From: an uncultured bacterium
Lineage (GTDB): Bacteria; Desulfobacterota; Deferrimicrobia; Deferrimicrobiales; Deferrimicrobiaceae
Assembly: GCA_963741515.1 (NCBI GenBank)
Contig: CAVUIA010000006.1
Coordinates: 80,630-144,629, forward strand
Length of the DNA: 64,000 bases
Direction of reading: 5' to 3'
Position numbers and translations under genes: made by a program. Positions 38,649-48,776 of the stretch are shown here, in pieces. Below the pieces are notes generated by a model. That model was not told where the DNA came from, searched no databases, and saw nothing but the letters and a program-made list of their open reading frames with translations. Positions within the stretch are counted from its first letter, which is position 1. Each line of letters starts with the position of its first letter.

Positions 38649-39932
38649 GTGTCCGGACCGACGCAGAAAACCGGAAAATTCCGCGCGGCCTTTTCCCGGG
38701 TCCCGCTCCTCGGGTGGCTCCTGGGCATCTTCGCGGCGGTGATGCTCGAGAAATTCATCGGCACCGACCTCGCGCTCGGGGTGGGCCTGCCCAAGATCCC
38801 CGCCCTGTTCGGGATCGATATCATGCTGAAGAAGCCGCTCCTGGTACCCAACGCGTTCCTGTACACGCTGCTGATCTACGCGCTTCCGGTCGCCGTCGTC
38901 GCCGTGTCGAGCGCCTCCCTGACGAACCGGGCCGCCGCCGCGCTGATCCGGCTCCCGATCGCGGTCCCGGTGGCCGTCCACCTGGGGCTGTTCTACCTCT
39001 CCATGCACTTCTGGGCGGAGGTCAGCGACTACCGCGCGCTCGTGCTGAAACTCACGCTGATCGCCATCATGCTCACCTTGAGCCTGAACGTCATCAACGG
39101 GTACATGGGGGAGTTCTCCTGCTCCCACCCGGGGTTCATGGCGCTGGGCGCGTACTGCGCCTCGGTGGTCACCGTGGGCCTTTTCGTCGACGGGGGGATG
39201 TTCGGCATCACCCTGCTTCCGGAGAGCCTGGGCCCCTTCCTGTTCCCGATCGCCCTGGTGGCGGGCGGACTGCTGGCCGCGGTCGGCGCGCTGCTCGTCG
39301 CGGTCCCGTCCTTCCGGACGAGGGGAGATTACCTGGCCATCATCTCGCTGGCGTTCCTGTTCATCGTGAAGAGCCTCATCGAGAATTTCGAGTTCGTCCG
39401 GGGCCCGCGGGGAATGAGCGGGCAGCCGGACTGGGCCAGCCTTTTCACGGTGTTCCTGTGGACCGTCATCTGCATTTGGAGCATCAACAACTTCGTGCGC
39501 TCCACGCTGGGGAAGGCCTTGAACGCCGTCCGCGACAACGAGCTGGCGGCCAACGCCATGACGGTCGACACGCGGCGCACCAAGATGATCGGCTTCCTTT
39601 TCGCGGCGTTCTGGGCGGGCGTCGCGGGCGGGCTGTTCGCCCACGTGCTCCGGTACGTCAACCCGGGGACCTTCGGCATCCAGAACCTCGCCGAGGTCCT
39701 CGCCATGGTGTACTTCGGCGGCTTGAACTCCGTCTACGGGTCCATCGTCGGCGCCGTGAGCATCAGCCTGCTCGGCGAGGCGCTCCGGCCCCTCGAGATC
39801 TTCAAGTGGATCATCATCCCGCTGCTGCTCATCCTCGTGATGATCTACCGCCCGACCGGCCTGATCGCGTTCAAGGACCTCGACGCCGCATCCCTTCTCC
39901 GGCCGAAACAGCGGCCCGGCGGGGAGGAGTGA
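38649..39932 (+). CDS. livM: branched-chain amino acid ABC transporter permease LivM
   Basis: 427 aa. 'LNVINGYMGEFSCSHPGFMALGAY' and 'FRTRGDYLAIISLAF' are LivM motifs. GTG start. Confidence 0.8.
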   Translation: MSGPTQKTGKFRAAFSRVPLLGWLLGIFAAVMLEKFIGTDLALGVGLPKIPALFGIDIMLKKPLLVPNAFLYTLLIYALPVAVVAVSSASLTNRAAAALIRLPIAVPVAVHLGLFYLSMHFWAEVSDYRALVLKLTLIAIMLTLSLNVINGYMGEFSCSHPGFMALGAYCASVVTVGLFVDGGMFGITLLPESLGPFLFPIALVAGGLLAAVGALLVAVPSFRTRGDYLAIISLAFLFIVKSLIENFEFVRGPRGMSGQPDWASLFTVFLWTVICIWSINNFVRSTLGKALNAVRDNELAANAMTVDTRRTKMIGFLFAAFWAGVAGGLFAHVLRYVNPGTFGIQNLAEVLAMVYFGGLNSVYGSIVGAVSISLLGEALRPLEIFKWIIIPLLLILVMIYRPTGLIAFKDLDAASLLRPKQRPGGEE

Positions 39933-39933
39933 C

Positions 39934-40705
39934 ATGCCGATCCTGCAGGTGAAGAACATGTCGCACGACTTCGGGGGCTTGAGGGCCGTGCAGAACTACA
40001 ACCTCGAGCTCGAGCCCGGGCAGATCCGCGGGCTGATCGGCCCGAACGGCGCGGGAAAGACCACCATCTTCAACCTCATCACCGGCATCTACAGCCCCGA
40101 CGGAGGGGGAGGTCCTTCTCGAAGGGAAGAGGATCAACGGCCTCCCGGCGCACAAGATCGCCTCCATGGGGATCAGCCGGACCTTCCAGAACCTTCTCCT
40201 GTGGCGGCACATGACCGTCCTCGAGCACGTGAAGATGGCCCACTATTCGCAGATCCGGTACGGCCTTTTCGGGGCGTTCTTCGGGACGCCGGGGCGGAAC
40301 CGGGAAGAGGCCGAGATCGAGGAGAAGTCGATGGCCCTCCTCGAGATGATGGGCATCCGCCACATGGCGGGCCAGGTGGTCCTCAACCTGCCGTACGGCG
40401 CCCAGAGAAGGGTGGAGATGGCCCGGGCGCTGGCGACGGGGCCCAAGATCCTTTTCCTGGACGAGCCGACGGCGGGGATGAACCCGGAAGAGCTGGTGCA
40501 GATCATGGAGATCGTCCGGAGGGTCCACCGGGAGCTGGGGCTGGCGATCCTCCTGATCGAGCACCGGCTGAAATTCGTCATGGAGCTCTGCCACAGGATC
40601 CAGACGGTGAACTTCGGCGAGCTCATCGCCGAGGGCACGCCCGAAGAGATCCAGAACAACCCGAAGGTGATCGACGCCTACCTGGGCAAGGAGGGCGTGG
40701 CCTGA
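39934..40705 (+). CDS. livG: branched-chain amino acid ABC transporter ATP-binding protein LivG, one frameshift in a G5 run
   Basis: Walker A 'GPNGAGKTT' is in frame 1. The remainder ('[12 protein letters not shown]', '[15 protein letters not shown]', '[11 protein letters not shown]') is in frame 2. The frames join at '[14 protein letters not shown]' if one G is removed from the run at 40105-40109. Confidence 0.85.
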
Positions 40706-41421
40706 TGCTGCTGTCCGTGGAGAACCTGCAGGTTTCCTACGACAATATCAAGGCCCTTCACGGCATCTCCTTCCAGATCGGGGAAGGGGAGGTCGTCTGC
40801 ATCATCGGAGCCAACGGGGCGGGGAAGAGCACCACCTTAAGGGCGATCTCCCGCCTCGTTCCCGCGCAGCCGGGGACGCGAATGACCTTCATGGGGAAGG
40901 ACCTGCTCAAGTACGAGGCCGACAAGGTCGTGAGCGAGCTGGGGATCTCCCACGTGCCCGAGGGGCGGCGCCTGTTCGGCAACCTCACGGTCATGGAGAA
41001 CCTGCAGCTGGCCACCTTCGCGAGGAAGGACCCCAAGGGCATCGCGGAGGACCTGGAGAGGGTGTTCGCGATCTTTCCCCGGCTGAAAGAGCGGGAGAGC
41101 CAGAAGGCCGGCACCATGAGCGGCGGCGAGCAGCAGATGCTGGCCGTCGGGCGGGCCTTCATGAGCGGCAGGAAGATCATGCTCCTGGACGAGCCGTCCA
41201 TGGGGCTGGCCCCCCTCCTGATGAAAAGCGTGTTCGACTCCATGCGGGAAATCAACCGGAAGGAGGGGACCACCATCCTGGTCGTCGAGCAGAACGCCCG
41301 GATGGCGCTCCAGTTCGCCGGGCGCGGGTACGTGCTGGAAAACGGCCGGCTCGTGCTCGAAGGGAAATCCGAATCGCTCCTCTCCGATCCCCAGGTGAAG
41401 AAGGCCTACCTCGGCGGCTGA
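40705..41421 (+). CDS. livF: branched-chain amino acid ABC transporter ATP-binding protein LivF
   Basis: 238 aa. Walker A is 'GANGAGKST', '[14 protein letters not shown]' is the signature and '[11 protein letters not shown]' is Walker B. Its ATG overlaps the livG stop. Confidence 0.9.
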   Translation: MLLSVENLQVSYDNIKALHGISFQIGEGEVVCIIGANGAGKSTTLRAISRLVPAQPGTRMTFMGKDLLKYEADKVVSELGISHVPEGRRLFGNLTVMENLQLATFARKDPKGIAEDLERVFAIFPRLKERESQKAGTMSGGEQQMLAVGRAFMSGRKIMLLDEPSMGLAPLLMKSVFDSMREINRKEGTTILVVEQNARMALQFAGRGYVLENGRLVLEGKSESLLSDPQVKKAYLGG

Positions 41422-42143
41422 TGCCGCTCCAGCATGACCCCGAAGGTTTCCTCGAACGCCGCGACAAGCCGGTCCTTCAACTCGTCCACCGGAAGGGTGA
41501 TTCCCAGCGTGGCCAGGTCGGCCACCGTGCCGTCGAGGCCGGACGGCTTGTCGCGCATGAATCCGACGCCCACGGCTAACCGGTCCGCCAGCGGAATGGA
41601 GCCGTGCTGGAAGAGCGCGTTCCTCGTGCGCCTCTGCGCGTTCCCGCCGATCTTCCGCCCGTCGACCAGGATGTCGGACCGTTCCTTCCCCGCGTAGCAG
41701 AAAGCGGTCCGCTCGCCCAGCCGCCAGTCGCCCGGCGGTGAATCCGAGGCGTAGGCCGCGGGAAGCCCCAGCGCCCGGTAGAAGGCCAGCAGGAAACCGT
41801 TCAGGTGCCGGTAGGAACCGTCGACGCCCGTCTCCCCGGGCAGCCGGCGCGGGGAGAGGACGATGGAGTAGGTCAGCTCGTCGGCGTGGTAAATGACCCC
41901 GCCTCCGGTGATCCGCCGGACCACGGGCACGCCGCTCGCCCGGCATAAGGGCAGGTCGAGCACCGCTTCGGCGTCCTGGAAGCGACCCAGGGAGAGGGCG
42001 GGCGGATCCCAGCCGTAGAGACGGAACACCGGCGTGGAGGCCTGCGGGTCGAACGCGCCCAGCAGCGCCTCGTCGATCGCCATGTTCGAGGCCCCGTCGA
42101 GCGGCCCGGTATCGATGAGGCGCCAGGCCGGGCCCCGGGTCAC
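41406..42143 (-). CDS. lipoate-protein ligase / octanoyltransferase (BPL_LplA_LipB catalytic domain only)
   Basis: 245 aa. 'NMAIDEALL', '[18 protein letters not shown]' and '[16 protein letters not shown]' (catalytic Lys) are present. The GTG start overlaps the gcvPB stop (GTGA). The frame is intact. Confidence 0.75.
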   Translation of the reverse strand: MTRGPAWRLIDTGPLDGASNMAIDEALLGAFDPQASTPVFRLYGWDPPALSLGRFQDAEAVLDLPLCRASGVPVVRRITGGGVIYHADELTYSIVLSPRRLPGETGVDGSYRHLNGFLLAFYRALGLPAAYASDSPPGDWRLGERTAFCYAGKERSDILVDGRKIGGNAQRRTRNALFQHGSIPLADRLAVGVGFMRDKPSGLDGTVADLATLGITLPVDELKDRLVAAFEETFGVMLERHQPPR

Positions 42144-43596
42144 CCCATGCAGACGTTCTGCTCCCGGGCGGCCTTGGTTTCGTCCAGCCGGGAGATCGGC
42201 ATGGTCACGGGCGCGTTCTTCAGCACGGCGGGGTCTTCCTCGGCGAGCTTCGCCGCCTCGATCATGGCGCCTACGAAGGCATCCATCGTCGTCTTGCTCT
42301 CGGTCTCGGTCGGCTCGATCATGATCGCTTCCTTGACGATCATCGGGAAGTAGACCGTCGGCGGATGATAACCCCGGTCGATCAGGAACTTGGCGATGTC
42401 GATGGCATGCACGCCATGTGGCAGCTGCCGGGAGGCCGAGAAGACGCATTCGTGCATGCAGGTCTGTCGTAGGGCAGGTCGTAGTAGGTCCTTCAGCCGC
42501 TCCTTGATGTAGTTGGCGTTCAGCACCGCCTGCTCGCGAGACCTCGATCAGCCCCTCGCGCCCCAGCATGATGATGTAGGCGTAGGCCTTGACCATCACA
42601 CCGAAGTTGCCGAAGAAGTTGGCGATGCGGCCGATGCTCTGCGGAGCGTCGGTCATCGAGCGAGAAGCGGCCGTCTGCCCCCTTGACGATCCGCGGGGCC
42701 GGCAGGAACGGGATCAGCTCCTTCTTGACGCCCACCGGGCCGGAACCGGGACCGCCGCCGCCGTGGGGCGTGCCGAAGGTCTTGTGCAGGTTGACATGGA
42801 TGACGTCGAAGCCGACGTCGCCCGGCCTGCACCTTGCCCATGATGGCGTTCAGGTTGGCGCCGTCGTAGTACATCAGCGCATCGTGGGCGTGGGCGATGT
42901 CGCAGATCTCCTTGATGTGCGGGTTGAACAGGCCGAGGGTGTTGGGGCAGGTCATCATGACCGCCGCCACCTCGTCGGTCATGGCCTGCCTTGAAAGCGT
43001 CGAGGTCCATGTCGCCGTAGGGGGCGGTCGGCACGGTGATGATCTCGTAGCCGGCCATGGCGGCCGAGGCCGGGTTGGTGCCGTGGGAGGAATCGGGAAC
43101 GACCACGTACTTCTTCTTGGCCTTGTTGCCCCTTGCGGCGTGGTAGGCGGCGATCAGCATGATGCCGGTCATTTCGCCGTGCGCGCCGGCCAGCGGCTGG
43201 CGTGGTGACCTCGTCCATGCCGGTGATCTCGGCCAGCAGCCGGCCCAGGTCGTGGAGCATCCGCCAGCGTGCCCTGGCAGAACGGCCTCGCCGCCCGGCA
43301 GCAGCGCAGTCATCGGGTGGAACGGGGCGAACAGGGCCGCCGCGCTTCTCCAGCACCTTGGCGTTGTACTTCATGGTGCAGGAGCCGAGCGGGTAGAAGT
43401 TGGTGTCGACCGAGAAGTTGCGGCGCGAGAGAGTTGGTGAAGTGCCGCACCACGTCGAGCTCGGAAACCTCGGGCAGGCCGGCCGGCTCGGCGCGCAGGA
43501 GATCCGCCGGGCAGCGGCGGCGGCAGGCGGGACATCGGAGGCGGGCAGGCTGACGCCGTGACGGCCGGGGACGGATTTTTCGTAGATCAGTTGCAT
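42140..43596 (-). pseudogene. gcvPB: glycine dehydrogenase (decarboxylating) subunit 2, reading frame broken about 12 times
   Basis: Conserved blocks are scattered over all three minus frames: '[14 protein letters not shown]', '[15 protein letters not shown]', '[21 protein letters not shown]', '[20 protein letters not shown]', '[16 protein letters not shown]', '[11 protein letters not shown]', '[23 protein letters not shown]', '[11 protein letters not shown]', 'CMHECVF', '[10 protein letters not shown]'. It could be a true pseudogene or a product of assembly indels. Confidence 0.8.
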
Positions 43597-44935
43597 AGGG
43601 CCGCCTCCAGCAGTCCTCGCCAAGCAGGTCGATCTCGTTCTTGGTGCGCTTCTCGGTCACCGTCACCACCAGGCAGTTTTCGATGCCGGCGTAGTATCGG
43701 CCCAGCGGCACGCCGGCGGCGATACCCGCCTTGAGCAGGCGCGGCGACCACGTCGTCGGCCCGCCTGCGGCAGGCGGACGGTGAACTCGTTGAAGGTCGG
43801 CCCCGACTGCAGCAGCGATGACCCCGCGGATCCGCGGCCAGGCGGCCCTTGGCATACTCGGCCTTGTCGCGGTTGAGCCGCGCCAGCTCGGCCAGCCCGT
43901 GTTTCCCGAGGAGGAGAGGAAGATCAGGCCGCGCAGGGCGCAGAGCCCCTGGTTGCTGCAGATGTTGGAGGTGGCCTTGTGGCGCTTGATGTGCTGTTCC
44001 CGCGCCTGCAGGGTCAGCACGAAGCCGCGCCTGCCGTTGCGGTCGACGGTTTCGCCGACGATCCGTCCCGGCATGTTGCGGATGAAGCTCTTTCCGGGCG
44101 GCGATGAAACCGAAGGACGGCCCGCCGAACGAGAGCGGGTTGCCGAGGCTCTGGCCGTCACCGACGGCGATGTCGACGCCCATCTCGCCCGGGGACTTGA
44201 GGAGCCCGAGCGAGACCGGGTAGACGGAGACGATCAGCAGGGCGCCGCATGCGCATGGACCTGCTCCGCCAGGGCGGTGAAATCGTCGACGCGGCCGAAG
44301 AAGTTGGGGTTCTGCACCAGCACCGCGGCGCAACGGTCTCATCGAGCACCTTCGCCAGCCGCTGCCGGTCGAGCGCCCCGTCCAGCGGCGCGATCTCGAC
44401 GATCTCCACATCGCAGGTTGACGAGATAGGTCTTGAGCACCTGCGCGGGAAAAGGGGTTGACGCAGCCGTCGACGAGGATCCTGTTCCGGCCGGTCACGC
44501 GCAGCGCCATCATGGCCGCCTCGGCACAGGCGGTGCCGCCGTCGTAGAGCGAGGCGTTGGAGACATCCAGCCCGGTCAGCCGGCAGATGGCGGTCTGGTA
44601 CTCGAAGAGCGCCTGCAGCGTCCCCTGGGAGCATTCCGGCTGGTAGGGGGTGTAGGCGGTGTAGAACTCGGCGCGCCCGGCCAGGTGGTCGACCGCCGCG
44701 GGGATGAGGTGGTCGTAGAACCCGCCGCCGACGAAAGGCACGACGCGGACGTTTTGCCCCGCCAGGCTCGCGCAGCCGGTCCAGCATCTCGAATTCCGAC
44801 ATCCCGGGCGGGAGGTCGAACGACCCGGTCCGCAAGCTCGGCGGGAATCGGGCGGAACAGGTCGGCGATGCTCCCGACGCCGATGGCGTCGAGCATCTCC
44901 CGGATCTCTTCCTGGGTGTGCGGAGTGAAACTCAT
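43587..44935 (-). pseudogene. gcvPA: glycine dehydrogenase (decarboxylating) subunit 1, reading frame broken about 13 times
   Basis: Blocks '[19 protein letters not shown]', '[16 protein letters not shown]', '[40 protein letters not shown]', '[12 protein letters not shown]', '[11 protein letters not shown]', '[31 protein letters not shown]', '[33 protein letters not shown]' and '[16 protein letters not shown]' alternate between frames. The stop overlaps the gcvPB start. Confidence 0.8.
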
Positions 44936-44936
44936 G

Positions 44937-45311
44937 TCATAGCCCTTTCTGGTATTCGTCGTACTGCTCCCGGTTCATCAGCTTCGCCGTCTCGGAAAGG
45001 TCGGATGGCTTCACGGTCGCCATCCAGGCGGCGTCCTCCGGGGACTCGTTCACGAGCTCGGGCCGGTTGTTCAGCTCCTCGTTGACCGAGACGACCGTCC
45101 CCGAGACCGGAGCGTAGATGTCGCTGGCCGCCTTGACGGATTCGATGGCGCAGAGCGTTTCGAACTGCTTCACCGTCTTCCCGACCGCCGGGAGCTCCAC
45201 GAAGGTGATGTCTCCCAGATGCTGGGCCGCGTAGGCGGTGATCCCCACCGTGGCGGTGTTCCCGTCGATCTTCACCCATTCGTGTTCCTTGGTGTAGTAG
45301 GTCATGGACAT
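44937..45311 (-). CDS. gcvH: glycine cleavage system H protein (intact)
   Basis: 124 aa. 'YTKEHEWVKIDGNTATVGITAYAAQHLGDITFVELP' and the lipoyl-Lys block 'AIESVKAASDIYAPVSG' are present. Confidence 0.9.
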   Translation of the reverse strand: MSMTYYTKEHEWVKIDGNTATVGITAYAAQHLGDITFVELPAVGKTVKQFETLCAIESVKAASDIYAPVSGTVVSVNEELNNRPELVNESPEDAAWMATVKPSDLSETAKLMNREQYDEYQKGL

Positions 45312-45349
45312 GTCCCTTCTCCTCCGGGAAATGGGGGATGGTCCCGCTG

Positions 45350-46446
45350 TCAGGCGCGGACCGAGCCGCCCTTGAAGAACGGCAGATCGCAGACCGTCGC
45401 CTGCATGGCGACGTTTTCGTGGCGGAGGGTGAGCACCGTCCCCGGGGAGGAGGCGCCCGCCTCGACCAGGCCGATCCCTATCCCGCACCCGAGCATGGGG
45501 GAGAAGCCCCCGCTGGTGGCGATGCCGACCCGCCGGTCGTCCTTCAGGATCTCGTACCCGTGCCGGGGGGAGCGCCGGGAGTCGACCCGGAACGCCGCCT
45601 TGACCCGTTCAGGGCCTTCCGCCTTCTGCTTCAGGAGCGCGTCTCTGCCGACGAACTCCTTGTCGAAATTGGACGAATCCCGAAAGCCCCGCCTCCAGCG
45701 GGGTGACCGTCTCGTCGATGTCGTTCCCGTAGAGGCTGTATCCCATCTCGAGCCGCAGGAGGTCCCGCGCTCCCAGCCCCGCCGGCTTCACGCGGGGATC
45801 CGAAAGGAGCCTGTCCCACAATTCGGCGGTCTTCTCCGCAAGGCAGGAAGATCTCGTAGCCCAGCTCGCCGGTGTAGCCGGTGCGGCTCACGATCGCCGG
45901 GCTGCCGAGGACGTCCATCCGGAGGAAGCGGAAGTAGGGGATGGAGGCGACCTTGCCGCCGAGCAGGTCGACCATGACTTCCCTGGACAACGGGCCCTGG
46001 GGATCGAGCTTGCCGGTCGCGGCGGAGATGTCGCTGAATTCCGCTCCCTTCGCGAGGCGCGAGCGGATGACGGAAAAATCGTTTTTCGCGGTCGCGGCGT
46101 TGACCACGATCATCGCCTCGTCCCTGCCGAGGCGGAAGACGATCAGGTCGTCGATGACCCCGCCCCGTTCGTTCAGGAGAAAGCCGTAGCGCGAACGGCC
46201 CTCGGGGATGGAGGCGACGGAGAACGTGAAGACGCTCTCGAGCCCGCCCGCGGCGAAGTCGCCGCGGTAGAGGAATTCCCCCATGTGGCAGATGTCGAAG
46301 AGGGCGGCCTTTTCGCGGCACCAGCGGTGTTCGGCGAGGATCCCGTCCTCGTACTGGATCGGCATGTTCCAGCCGCCGAAGGGAGCCATGAGGGCCTTGC
46401 GGTCCCGATGCCTTCCGGCCAAAGGGGTTTCCTGGAGTTCCTCCAA
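45350..46446 (-). CDS. gcvT: glycine cleavage system aminomethyltransferase T, two frameshifts
   Basis: The TTG start at 46446 follows a GAGGAGG RBS. '[13 protein letters not shown]', 'ALFDICHMG' and '[16 protein letters not shown]' are in frame 0. '[32 protein letters not shown]' is in frame 2 (shift near 45843). '[12 protein letters not shown]...FFKGGSVRA*' is in frame 1 (shift near 45675). Confidence 0.85.
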
Positions 46447-46529
46447 AGACGCACCTCCTCTGCGGGATTGCCGGGCAAAAAAAAACTTTATCCGATTTGC
46501 CCCGCGAAGTAAATTCCGGCCAGCCCTCC

Positions 46530-47313
46530 TTACGGCCCTCCGGCGGCCGACGCCATCCTGGAGCGGCGCGCGGCGATCGCCCGGGCGAGCCGCAAAGGGC
46601 AGTGCCGCAGGAAGAAGACCGCCGCCTTGTACCGGAGGCTCGGCACGCTGACCGCCCGGCCGCGGCGGACGTCGGAGAGGCATCCGGCGACGAGCCGGTC
46701 GGCGTCCAGCCAGGCCCAGCCCGGAAGGTACGATACGTCGATCTTCGCCCGCTGCTGGAATTCCGACCGGACGAAGCCGGGGCACAGCGCCGTCGCGGTG
46801 ACGCCGGTGCCGGCCAGCTGCCCCGCGAGCGAGGCCGTGAACGAGGTCGCCCACGCCTTGGCGGCGGAGTAGGTGCCCCCGGGAAGGAACCCGGCGACCG
46901 AGGACACCGTGATGATGGTGCCCCCGGCGGCGGGCGACCATGCCGGGCGCCGCGGCGCGGGTGAGGACGAGGACGGCGCGGACCAGGACGTCGAGCATGC
47001 GCTCCTCGTCGGACAGCGGCCCCAGAAGGAACGGCGCGGCCAGGCCGAAGCCCGCGTTGTTCACGAGGATGTCGACCGGCCGCGCCCCGTCGCGCAGGCG
47101 GTCGGCGATCCGCTCCATCTGCTCCCGGTCGCACAGGTCCGCGGGGAGCGTTTCGACCTCGACGCCGTGCCGTTCGCGCAGCCCCCGGGCGACCTCTTCC
47201 AGGCGAACGGCGTCCCTGGCGACCAGGACGAGCCGGTGACCGTCGGCGGCGAACCGCCGCGCGAAAGCGTTGCCGATGCCGGCAGTCGCCCCTGTGACAA
47301 GCGCGGTGGTCAA
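46530..47313 (-). CDS. short-chain dehydrogenase/reductase (classical SDR), one frameshift in a homopolymer
   Basis: The N-terminal part 'ALVTGATAGIGNAFARRF' and 'NNAGFG' are in one frame. 'TIITVSSVAGFLPGGTYSAAKAW' (YxxxK) is in another. They join at the C5 run at 46921-46925. Confidence 0.8.
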
Positions 47314-47455
47314 TGTCCCTCCATCGGGATGTCTGTCCCGGAACGTATTTTAAGCCGGGTCATCGCATCTTTGTCGCGAGAACGTATACTGATATATATG
47401 CGGTGAAGGCGTAACGTCAACCTTACTTGCGGTTTGAAATCACAGGGAGAAAGCC

Positions 47456-47726
47456 ATGAGCAAATATCATATCGAATCGATCCACACCGCCGAGGAATGC
47501 CTTCGCGCACTCGACGAAATTGTGGTAAAGGGCTCGGATGTACTGGATAAATACGAATGGGGCTGCATGGCCGGCGACCACACGGGCTATGCCGTCGTCG
47601 AGGCCGGCAGCGAGGCGGAGGTCAAGAAAATGATCCCGTCCTTCCTGGTCGGGAAGTCGCAGGGTCGTCAAGCTGAACAAGTTCACCGTGGAGCAGATCC
47701 GCGAGTTCCACAAGAAAACCGCGTAA
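47456..47726 (+). CDS. small hypothetical protein (~90 aa), one apparent frameshift near 47660
   Basis: The ATG follows an AGGGAGAAAG RBS. It reads 'MSKYHIESIHTAEECLRALDEIVVKGSDVL..' and the plausible continuation 'RVVKLNKFTVEQIREFHKKTA*' is in the next frame. I do not recognise a family. Confidence 0.4.
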
Positions 47727-47734
47727 GGATTTAT

Positions 47735-47778
47735 CCCCGGGGAGGGGAGGGGAGCGAGTACCCCTTTCCTCCCCGGGG
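47735..47778. terminator. GC-rich hairpin between convergent genes (ccccggggagg ... cctccccgggg), possible bidirectional terminator
   Basis: 11-bp inverted repeat at 47735-47745 / 47768-47778. There is no clear U-tract. Confidence 0.35.
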
Positions 47779-47803
47779 CTCCCGGCCGGCCGGGGCTCGT
47801 GCT

Positions 47804-48758
47804 TCAGTCGCTCGCCAGGTCGAGCTTTTCGATCGAAGCGGGGTCCAGCTCCAGCCGGGTCGCCTCGATCAGGTCGTTCAGCTGGTCGACGCTCGTCGCG
47901 CTCGCGATGGGCGCGGTGATGCCGGGACGCGAGATCAGCCACGCCAGGGAAACGGCGGCGGGGGTCGACCGATGCTCGACCGCCACCCGATCGAGGGCGT
48001 CGAGGATGCGAAAGCCCCGTTCGTTCAGGTATTTCTTGACGAACCCGGCCCGTGCGCGCCCCGCAAGGTCCTTTTCCGAACGGTATTTGCCCGTGAGGAA
48101 CCCGCTGCCGAGCGGGAAGTAGGGGATTACGCCAAGACCCTTCTCGAGGCAGACCGGCGCGAGGGTCTTCTCGATAACCGGCGCGGTCGTAGAGGTTGTA
48201 CAACGGCTGCAGGCAGCAGTAGGCGGGATATCCCCGCCGCGCGCTCGCATCCAGCGACTTCATCAGCCGCCCCGCATCGAAGTTCGACGCCCCGATCGCC
48301 CGGACCTTTCCCTGCCGGACCAGCGCCGCAAAGGCCTCCATGGTTTCCTCCAACGGCGTCTCCAGGTCGTCTTCGTGGGACTGGTACAGGTCGATGCGGT
48401 CCGTCCGCAGGCGCCTCAGCGAGTCCTCCGCGGCGCGCAGGATATACGATTTCGAGAGCCCGCTCATGCCCGCCCCCATGTCCTTCCCGACCTTGGTGGC
48501 GATGAGGACCTTCTCCCTGTTCCCGCTTTTCGCAAGCCACTTGCCGAGGACGGTCTCGGATTCCCCGCCCTTGTGGCCGGGGACCCACGTGGAGTACATG
48601 TCCGCCGTGTCGATGAGATTGCCTCCCGCGGCCACGAACGCGTCCAACAGCCGGAAGGAGGTCGGTTCGTCCGCGGTCCACCCGAAGACATTGCCCCCGA
48701 ACGCGAGAGGGGCGACTTCCATCCCGGAATCTCCCAACATCCGTTTCTTCCTTTGCAC
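47804..48758 (-). CDS. aldo/keto reductase, one frameshift near 48180
   Basis: The N-terminal part 'LAFGGNVFGW', 'IDTADMYS' and 'DRIDLYQSHEDD' are in one frame. 'VIEKTLAPVCLEKGLGVIPYFPLGSGFLTGKY' and the C-terminus are in another (ORF 47804-48250). Confidence 0.8.
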
Positions 48759-48776
48759 GTTGGCCTCCTTCCCCGG

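Noticed and set aside
39934-41421. A 495-aa ORF spanning livG and livF.
   Set aside because: It has the same cause. The livG 5' part and livF share a frame, and the middle is out-of-frame livG after the G5-run indel.
46447-46529. A glycine riboswitch upstream of gcvT.
   Set aside because: Only 84 nt separate the SDR stop from the gcvT start. I could not find the conserved GGAGAG...CACCG-type aptamer cores. The RBS and TTG start follow directly.
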